Shown one piece after another: positions 8,740 to 16,100 of a stretch of DNA of 20,000 nucleotides (the first letter of the stretch is position 1; every line of letters begins with the position of its first letter). Source of the stretch: an uncultured virus (IMG/VR IMGVR_UViG_3300031758_000059) (lineage: Duplodnaviria; Heunggongvirae; Uroviricota; Caudoviricetes; Crassvirales); IMG/VR virus record IMGVR_UViG_3300031758_000059. One strand, 5' to 3'. The notes under the pieces were generated by a model that did no database searches, was not told the origin of the DNA, and saw only the letters and a list, made by a program, of their open reading frames with translations. The position numbers were made by a program, and so were the translations under genes.

Positions 8740-10973
8740 CTAATAAGTTGACTTGTTGTTCCACTATTAGTGTACCTTGCGAAATTAACACTAATTTTCG
8801 ACTCTTTTTTCTCAGGTAAATATACGTGTTTTTGGTTTGCCATTATCGCAAGACCTGAGCTAATAGCTGCGTCAAAGCGTGTACGGTCGCTAATATCAAA
8901 CTTTGCCCAATCCTCAAGTGTGCGTGTAAATGGCATCGTTCCAATCTCATCAGCAGGTCTGTATGTTCCTGCTAAATCAAAGCCAATGTACTTTTCAATA
9001 TACGACTCAATAGCTGTTGCGTGCGCCTGCTTCACTTCTTCAGAAGAGTTAGGAATACCACCAAGCTCCCTCTCAGTCTTACTCAATTTATTGAGCAGTC
9101 TGTCGGGTCTGTTCATACAGAACTGACGGTAGCCTCTATTTTTAAAATGGTAAAGTAGTCTCGGCTTGTTATTCTCCGCAAGCACCGGCATCCCGTAAAA
9201 CACGCAAGCCATAAGCACCTCTTCAAAAAATATCTCAGCCGTCTGAGGACGAGCAATGTACTCAAGAAAGAACTGATTGACCGGAGCGTCATCCATGTGG
9301 TACTTGGTCATCCCGTGCAGCGACCCGTTGGAGCCACGTCCCCCTACCACTGCTGATATATCGTAGGGGTCACAGCCAAAACTCCCAAGGTGTTCATTGC
9401 CGGGGTATTTTACTCCACTGCGAGTGGAGACGCTATTTTGCATGTGAACAGGTGGGACCCAACTAATTAAGAACCTACCACGAGGGTCAGGAGTCCATAT
9501 AACCTTGGTGTCTTTCTCTCCGTCTTTCCAATGAAATGTTCCACGTGAAACCATGTGCGCCTGAATCTGCGAGTCGTTGTAGTCAATCTGTTGGTATATC
9601 TTGGTCAGGTTAAATAGCGCCTGCTTACTCTCGTCACGAAAAGCGTGGCTTTCGGTGCGAGGGAACTGACGATAAAACTCATTTAGTGCATCGGCATCAT
9701 TTTTAAGCGATTCAACCTCTGCCTCCCAATAGTCAATAGCCCCGTTGGTTATATCTTGCCCGTCTACGCCAATGATGGGACTGTCGGGTTTTCTAAATAC
9801 AGGCATGCCGTAGCGGTCAATAAACCCCTCCATGTTCCACTCCATCGGAATAAATAGGGAGTACAGCCCACTCTTGGTCTGTCCGTTGGCGTTTCTGTTA
9901 AGAATATTTGAATCCTCATACAGCTTTTTATAGTTATCACCGCCCTTGCTTAGTGCATTCGAGGTGGAGCCCATCATGCACTTGCCAATTATCTTACTAC
10001 CCACCCGAAGACAGGTCTTGGTTACACGCCAATTATTAAGAATGTTATTTGGCTTTACCCACTTAGCACTCTCGTCATGGGCAAGGAACAGGAGTTTCTC
10101 TCCATCGTAGGAGTTCTCCTCAGTATTTTTCCAATCTATTGTGGTATCAAGACCATCGACAACGCTTCCTTCGGTAGTGGTCATGTTCTTCTTGGTAATC
10201 TTTGCAGCCGGAACGCGGTAGGCAAGCTCAGTCTTTGGCTTATCCATTCCGTCCATAATCGGACGGAAAAAGAATGGCAGCCTGCTATTAATAGGCACAA
10301 CCTTATCGGTGAACATCTTTTTGGCATCAGCACCCGTCTTTGACAGGATACCAATACGAGAGTCGCGAGCAAGGGTTGCTATGTTTACGCACTCTGATGA
10401 AGACATAAAAGAAAACCCTGAGCGTCTTATTTTTAGATATATCATCCCAAAAGCTCTTGAGTCTGCGCGGCACGCCTCCCAAAAGATAAAAAAGATTCTA
10501 TTAGCTTCTCGGTAGTCAGGATAGCCAATGTCAATACTTGACCACTGCAGGTACATATAGTGTGAGCCCGTAATATAGGTCGGCTCTCCGTTATTCATAA
10601 ACCACATACCCCCTTCACGCCTGTCAAACTCCTGCTCGATATAATCAACCCACCGGTCTTTAAACTCAGTAGGCATCTCGTTCCAATGAAATATTGATTG
10701 AATTTTGCTTAGTTCCCTTGGTAGGTCTTGCCTTTCCCAATACTGCTCACTTTTGGTGGTGTGTCTTTGAAGACACTCTTTAGGTGCGAGGGGTAGGGCG
10801 ATGAGTAGCCCTGCGACATTTATGATGTCACCAATCTGACCCGTCTTAGATATGACAACCATGTCATACTGCTCGTTGTAACCATATCTCCAAGCTTTTA
10901 GTGTGTTCTTCTTAGAGACAGCGTTCTTCGGCACGTAGTCATGTACGACTCGATATAGACCTTCGTTCTGCAA
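8736..10973 (-). CDS. terL: Terminase large subunit (about 745 aa, TTG start)
   Basis: Walker A-like LKIRRSGFS, Walker B LFLAHDE, coupling motif GSTSN, and RNase H-like nuclease acidic residues (FGCDPYD, AENN, FDAAIS). Confidence 0.9.
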   Translation of the reverse strand: MQNEGLYRVVHDYVPKNAVSKKNTLKAWRYGYNEQYDMVVISKTGQIGDIINVAGLLIALPLAPKECLQRHTTKSEQYWERQDLPRELSKIQSIFHWNEMPTEFKDRWVDYIEQEFDRREGGMWFMNNGEPTYITGSHYMYLQWSSIDIGYPDYREANRIFFIFWEACRADSRAFGMIYLKIRRSGFSFMSSSECVNIATLARDSRIGILSKTGADAKKMFTDKVVPINSRLPFFFRPIMDGMDKPKTELAYRVPAAKITKKNMTTTEGSVVDGLDTTIDWKNTEENSYDGEKLLFLAHDESAKWVKPNNILNNWRVTKTCLRVGSKIIGKCMMGSTSNALSKGGDNYKKLYEDSNILNRNANGQTKSGLYSLFIPMEWNMEGFIDRYGMPVFRKPDSPIIGVDGQDITNGAIDYWEAEVESLKNDADALNEFYRQFPRTESHAFRDESKQALFNLTKIYQQIDYNDSQIQAHMVSRGTFHWKDGEKDTKVIWTPDPRGRFLISWVPPVHMQNSVSTRSGVKYPGNEHLGSFGCDPYDISAVVGGRGSNGSLHGMTKYHMDDAPVNQFFLEYIARPQTAEIFFEEVLMACVFYGMPVLAENNKPRLLYHFKNRGYRQFCMNRPDRLLNKLSKTERELGGIPNSSEEVKQAHATAIESYIEKYIGFDLAGTYRPADEIGTMPFTRTLEDWAKFDISDRTRFDAAISSGLAIMANQKHVYLPEKKESKISVNFARYTNSGTTSQLIR

Positions 10974-11226
10974 ATCCTTGTTTTGTATCTGTTCTGTTTA
11001 CTCCTTTCTCAAGCATCTCAAGCGCTTCTTTCTCTGCCTCAATCTTATTTAAAATCTCAAAGGCATCAAAGATGGCAAGCTTCTTAGTAGCTGCTGCGTT
11101 CTTAAGCCTATCTGCTGCAAGCTCATCATCAGGGTCAGGCTTGATAATATCTTCCTTCGCCACTTTGATAAGCTGCTCGACTGCTTGATAGCCTGCTTCA
11201 ATAATTTTTGCTTTGATATCTCTCAT
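10939..11226 (-). CDS. Putative terminase small subunit (95 aa; ATG 11226, alternative GTG 11229)
   Basis: Small helical charged protein immediately upstream of terL and overlapping it. Function inferred from position only. Confidence 0.5.
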   Translation of the reverse strand: MRDIKAKIIEAGYQAVEQLIKVAKEDIIKPDPDDELAADRLKNAAATKKLAIFDAFEILNKIEAEKEALEMLEKGVNRTDTKQGFAERRSISSRT

Positions 11227-11702
11227 CACTTCTCTTTTAAGAATACAACTTGAATTAGACGAGCAGAGTCGTCTGAGCCAAAGTTCTCAAATATGTTTCT
11301 GCTATGCGGTAGTTCAGAGTCAAACATCAATATACGATTAAACTTAGAATACACCACACATGATGGCTTCCCATCTTCGTCATAAATAGTAGTACCGTCT
11401 TCATCAGGGTGCCTGCGACTCAAATAAAGTATAGCAGTAATGTCACCCATCATCTCATCGGTATGAATAAAGTTTGGTTCTTCTTGATTAAGCGGTGACT
11501 TTCTAATGAAATTATACGCCACTTTGTAAACAGGTCCCGCTAATTCAAGCGCAAACCTTGCAAACTCATCATCATGAGGGCGTGGCTGAATGTTTTGAAA
11601 CGTATTGACGCCATCAAATACATCTATAAATTCACTACTAAGTATTTCGGAAACATACTCTACAGGATTATGAATGACATTATCGGTTATGATTAAGTTC
11701 AT
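11226..11702 (-). CDS. 2-oxoglutarate/Fe(II)-dependent oxygenase family protein (158 aa)
   Basis: HxD (FIHTD), 'AILYLS', 'GTTIY', 'FNRILMFDS.LPHS' (distal His) and 'RLIQVVF' (2OG-binding Arg) form the canonical double-stranded beta-helix signature. Confidence 0.85.
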   Translation of the reverse strand: MNLIITDNVIHNPVEYVSEILSSEFIDVFDGVNTFQNIQPRPHDDEFARFALELAGPVYKVAYNFIRKSPLNQEEPNFIHTDEMMGDITAILYLSRRHPDEDGTTIYDEDGKPSCVVYSKFNRILMFDSELPHSRNIFENFGSDDSARLIQVVFLKEK

Positions 11703-12253
11703 AGCTTCATCGTTATTTGATGGTCAAATATTCGGTATAGCTTTTCCCCATCCACGTCAAACTCATATTCGCTGTCAGGCTTAAAGCACACGGTGTCCCC
11801 TTCTCGTACGCCTTGGGTCAGCAGGTAAGCATTCGGGTAAACCATAGTCCCCATAAGCGGCTCATTGGTGAACGGCTTTTTGATATAAGAGTCTACGGCC
11901 GGCATTGGCTTTACGAAGCAGTAGCGGTCATAGGTATGCCATTTGCCGTCATGGCGGTAGAGGTAAAATTGGTTGGGCTCTACAAAGAAGATATCATCTC
12001 GAAAGAAGCTTCGACTGCTTTTACGTCTACCCTTAATGTCGTTATAGAACTTAAAAACGTTATGGTGCACAAGTAGCGTATCGCCTTTTTGAACGGGGCC
12101 TGTGTAGCCGCGAGGCACCTCAACCACTTCAGCATAGCGGTTAGAGAACCTGTGGTCCTCCTCCGAGGTGTTGACGATAAGCTCTATGCCACCAACTTCT
12201 TTGGTATTGTTATAGCGCTGTCCTGTAACAATAAAATCAAACGGAGATTGCAT
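11699..12253 (-). CDS. GroES-like co-chaperonin, apparently two tandem domains (184 aa)
   Basis: C-half 'CFVKP...GTMVY...GVREGDTVCF....EYEFDVDGEKLYRI...I' parallels GroES 'VKVGDxVLF...GxEVKxDGEEYLI'. The N-half has the same pattern ('GGIELIV..AEVVEVP..VQKGDTLLV'). Confidence 0.65.
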   Translation of the reverse strand: MQSPFDFIVTGQRYNNTKEVGGIELIVNTSEEDHRFSNRYAEVVEVPRGYTGPVQKGDTLLVHHNVFKFYNDIKGRRKSSRSFFRDDIFFVEPNQFYLYRHDGKWHTYDRYCFVKPMPAVDSYIKKPFTNEPLMGTMVYPNAYLLTQGVREGDTVCFKPDSEYEFDVDGEKLYRIFDHQITMKL

Positions 12254-12480
12254 TAATATTCGATATTGTATTCAGTGGACACAGGCATATTGTGATTAAA
12301 AGACTTCCATAGCATCGTTTCATTTTTTTCGTTGGTGATGAAGATTTTTACATCTCCTGTCTCCGGGTCGAACTTAATGAGGTTAATGTGATGGCTGTCT
12401 CCAAGGACCTTCTGTCCTACAATGTAGTGCATTGCACTACCCTTGTAGTCGGGTCCTATAGATATTTTCCTGATGTCCAT
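12253..12480 (-). CDS. Hypothetical protein (75 aa), first gene of the packaging operon
   Basis: Full ORF with a TAATG overlap to the next gene, preceded by a promoter motif and the AATCT-repeat leader. Confidence 0.7.
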   Translation of the reverse strand: MDIRKISIGPDYKGSAMHYIVGQKVLGDSHHINLIKFDPETGDVKIFITNEKNETMLWKSFNHNMPVSTEYNIEY

Positions 12481-12505
12481 ATTAGATTAGATTAAATTTC
12501 ATTTA

Positions 12506-12513
12506 CAAAGTTA
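12506..12513 (-). promoter_or_regulatory. Bacteroidota-type -7 promoter element (TAACTTTG)
   Basis: Minus strand TAACTTTGTAAAT, overlapping the TAA stop of 12511..12747 and heading a chain of overlapping genes from 12480 to 6304. Confidence 0.6.
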
Positions 12514-12747
12514 ATGCACAACTCCGAGATAATCCGTACCCGTGATGCGGTAGACGTTTCCGGCCACTAAACCTGCAGCGAGTGCGGCAGCGTTATTTGC
12601 ATACACAGGGACGCTTGGGATAGGGAGGGCGAGTATATCGCCAACTGTGAAGTTCTTGGTCTTGTTAGAATCTTCAGCATCTGTGCCGATAAGTTTATCG
12701 GCATAGGATACGTTATTGTCAGTTGCGTATGAATTAATAGTTCCCAT
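12511..12747 (-). CDS. Small fibre/virion-associated protein (78 aa)
   Basis: Full ORF. N-terminal 'INSY..D..V...DKLIGTD.....TKNFTV' and C-terminal 'VYANNAAALAAGLVAGNVYR' resemble the termini of phage fibre/decoration proteins. Confidence 0.6.
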   Translation of the reverse strand: MGTINSYATDNNVSYADKLIGTDAEDSNKTKNFTVGDILALPIPSVPVYANNAAALAAGLVAGNVYRITGTDYLGVVH

Positions 12748-12753
12748 GTGTGA

Positions 12754-13098
12754 TTAAGGATTAGGAGTAGCCCAAGGCAGAGGAAGTGATACTACCGGTG
12801 GGTTAATTAAATTTTCAATTTGTACTGCAAGACCTGCATCAATTGCAGGTGTGTCAAGACCTGCTTCAAGCCATCCGCAAACCTGCTCAAAAGTAAGGTC
12901 TTCGTAAGGAGTGAAGTCTTCAGGTGATGGAGCAGGCACTGCAAGAGAGCCATACACATCAGCGAAGTAAGTGTTGTCACCAACTACATCAGTTGCGTTG
13001 CGTCTCCAATGCACAGTGAATACTACGTCATCGAGACCATCAGGAGTTGTAGGGTATTCATCCATCGCGGATACAACCCAATTGTAAACGATTGCCAT
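12754..13098 (-). CDS. Small acidic protein downstream of tail fibre, possible fibre assembly/tip protein (114 aa)
   Basis: Full ORF with A-rich leader. The pattern 'YNW...VVFTVHWR...FTPYEDLTFEQV.GW...INPP...LPW' is commonly seen next to phage fibre genes. Confidence 0.65.
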   Translation of the reverse strand: MAIVYNWVVSAMDEYPTTPDGLDDVVFTVHWRRNATDVVGDNTYFADVYGSLAVPAPSPEDFTPYEDLTFEQVCGWLEAGLDTPAIDAGLAVQIENLINPPVVSLPLPWATPNP

Positions 13099-13131
13099 TT
13101 TGTTTTTGTTTTTATTGATTAAGAAAATATT

Positions 13132-16100
13132 TTAACACCATCCGGGATTTACTATTGGAATATATACAAGCACACCATCTACCTCCACTTCTATCACTTT
13201 ATTGCTTACCATAAATGATGCCGCAAAGTCAGCATAGGTTGTAGGCAGACCACAAGAGTTTGTGATTCTACTTCCGAGTTTCCATGGAACGGCAGTACCA
13301 CCTGTAGGTGTTCCTGTTTTAATGGAGCCGTTAGAAACAAGGAAGTTTCCTGAGAAAACATCAGTTGCGGTAGCGGTTATTGACACACGACCTGCACCAC
13401 CTGCACCAATAGTCAAAGAGTCATCACCATGATAGTAGGAGAAGTAACCTCTGTATTCCTTATTGGTCCCGTCAGTACCATCCGCAAAGTAAATACCTCC
13501 TGTACCTGTGGTGTTATTGGCAATGGTCATACCTGCAAGTGTAGTACCTGTGCTTCCAAGAACAAGCGTATTGGCATCTCCCGAAAAGTCACCGGGGTTG
13601 GTGTTCCCGATACCTACGTTACCTGTTGATGTAATACGCATTCTTTCAACAGGAGTATTAGACCCTGATATTGGAGATGTTGAAAATATAATACTACTTG
13701 GACTTCCAAAAGAGCTATAAGAGTCTTGAGATAAGTTTATCTCAGAACCCCCATATAGATTTCTAATCTTAAATGCAGTTAATCCATTTCCTTGACCATA
13801 ATCGTGATAAATCGCACCTTCTCCATAACCACCGGAACTTGTTAGTAAAATCCCTTCGTTAGCGTGTGAAGAATTGCTAATAGCTATTGTTAATTTAGCA
13901 GTAGGACCACTTGTACCAATACCTACATTCCCACCTGCCGCAATACGCATTCTCTCACCATTTGTTCCCTCGTTAAATGCTATATAGCTACCTGCGCAAA
14001 CATTAAATCCTAAAGAACCGGAAGCAAATTGACCAATACCTACGTCATTATGAATGCCGCCAAAATCTTCAAATTTTATTCTAAAGAAGTCTTCGCTTGA
14101 TGGCGCTCCATAAGAAGCTTTACCAAATGTTAATGGAGAAGTGGGGTTTGTGGTTCCAATACCTACCAATCCTGCACCTGTTACTCGAGCAACCTCACCA
14201 TTACCATTATAAAATAGAGCTACATTATCAGTAGTGTTTGATGAGTAAGCAAGAAGACCTGCTTTGCCTGACCAATTCACATCTGAACCAATTCCTGCCA
14301 CAACGCCAAATCCGTTTGTATTACTATTTGATGTAAGACCAAATACCCCATAAGCATGCCCCGTAGTATGTGCGGTTGTTGTACCAACTCTACCGTAAAT
14401 AGCAACGATTCCACCGTTAATATTTATTGATGTACTACCATCTACTTCTGTTAAGACACCGGTAGCCCTACCATTTGCAAGGGCTGTTGTTTCAGTAAAA
14501 GAAAGATAAACTCCTGTTACGCTATTTGAACCCAATCTTACAGTTGGAATGTTAGCTCTTATAGCATAATAAGGAGGTCTTAAGTCTGTATCAACAGTTG
14601 CTAATTCTAAACCTGTTACTGTTCTTCCGTTAAAGTTTATACCCAATTTTGACGCAGGAGCACTTGTTCCAATTGCAACATTACCACCTGATGTTATTCT
14701 CATGCGTTCGGATATAGCGCCACCGCTTGCAGTACCTATGTATAAATCAGCAGCATTAGTAGACTCTCCACCATTCTGTATTGAAACACCAAACACAGCA
14801 GCATCTTTATTTGCCCCTGTGGTATTCTGCATTATAGAAATAACATTAGTAGAACTTGTGCTTATTGCTGAGTTAACAGATAGTTTTGAAGTTGGAGTAG
14901 TTGTTGCAACACCAACATTACCGGCAGACGTAATACGCATACGCTCGGTTATAGAGGATGGATATGCACCACCACCACTATTAAATGTAAATACAGCACC
15001 TCCTTCTTTATTGGTACTCTCATTATATACAGTGATGGTAGCAGCAGCACCTCTATTTGTTATAGGTCTAAATGCGAGAGATACCGCATGACTGCTTGAC
15101 GTTGTACCGGGGTCATTTGCAGTTAATAGTAAAGCTGTTGTAGTTCTTATATCAGAACTATTAAAAGTAGTAAGTGTTCCATAATTAGACACTAATATAC
15201 TATCAGGAGAAGTTGTTCCTATTCCTACTCTTGAACTAAAATATGATGTACCAATTACTCCAAATTCAAGTGATGTGCCATTCCAATAAGAATATTGTTT
15301 TTGTGAGCCACTTACTGCTAAATTTGCAATATACCCTGCACTTGCAGATGTTTTATTGATATTTAACATATTGCCTGCGCCACTCACATCAAGTGTATAT
15401 GAAGGAGAAGAAGTACCTATACCAACCAATCCCCCCGATGTGATTCGCATTTTTTCTGTTACAGAGCCACCAATTTTTGTTTTAAAATATAAAGCTCCAT
15501 CACCATCTCCTTGAAGAAGTGCTCCTACAATTCCCCAAGTATATGCACCACCATTATTTGTAAAAGTAATATTTGGAACATCAGAGTTATTTGATGCTTG
15601 AACGATTCCAAGACTTAAGAATCTTGCAGTACCGTTTACGTCTAACTTGTATGCAGGAGAAACAGTTCCAATACCAACATTGTCAGCAGCAAATATACTT
15701 CCTGAGTTAGCGTAGAAATATCCTTCAACACCTGATAAGTTTTTCTCATTTGTTCCTGTACCGGGAGTTCCTATGGCGTTTACAACACTAAATCCACTAT
15801 CAGTACCATTGTATGCTTGCCACTGAAGCGTTGTGTTTGCGCCTAAGAAATCACTACCATACAAAACTTGTACCCATATTTCACAGTTTCCACAACCACC
15901 CGTCATTCTTGCTTTTACCTGAACAACCATTCGGTTGTAAGTATTGCGCTGCCATTGAACAAAAGGTAAAGAACAAGTATTTGATACAGTGATTTCTCCT
16001 TCTTCCTCAGAAGTATTAGTATTAACTCGATAGTAAATCTTATCTGTAGTAAATGCACCACAAGTTCCTAAATGAACCCAAACAGTGCCATAAGTAATTG

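Noticed and set aside
10975..10979. AAGGA before the terL TTG as a Shine-Dalgarno site
   Set aside because: It is only 1 nt from the start codon and is explained by terS codons CAA GGA. Other genes lack SD motifs.
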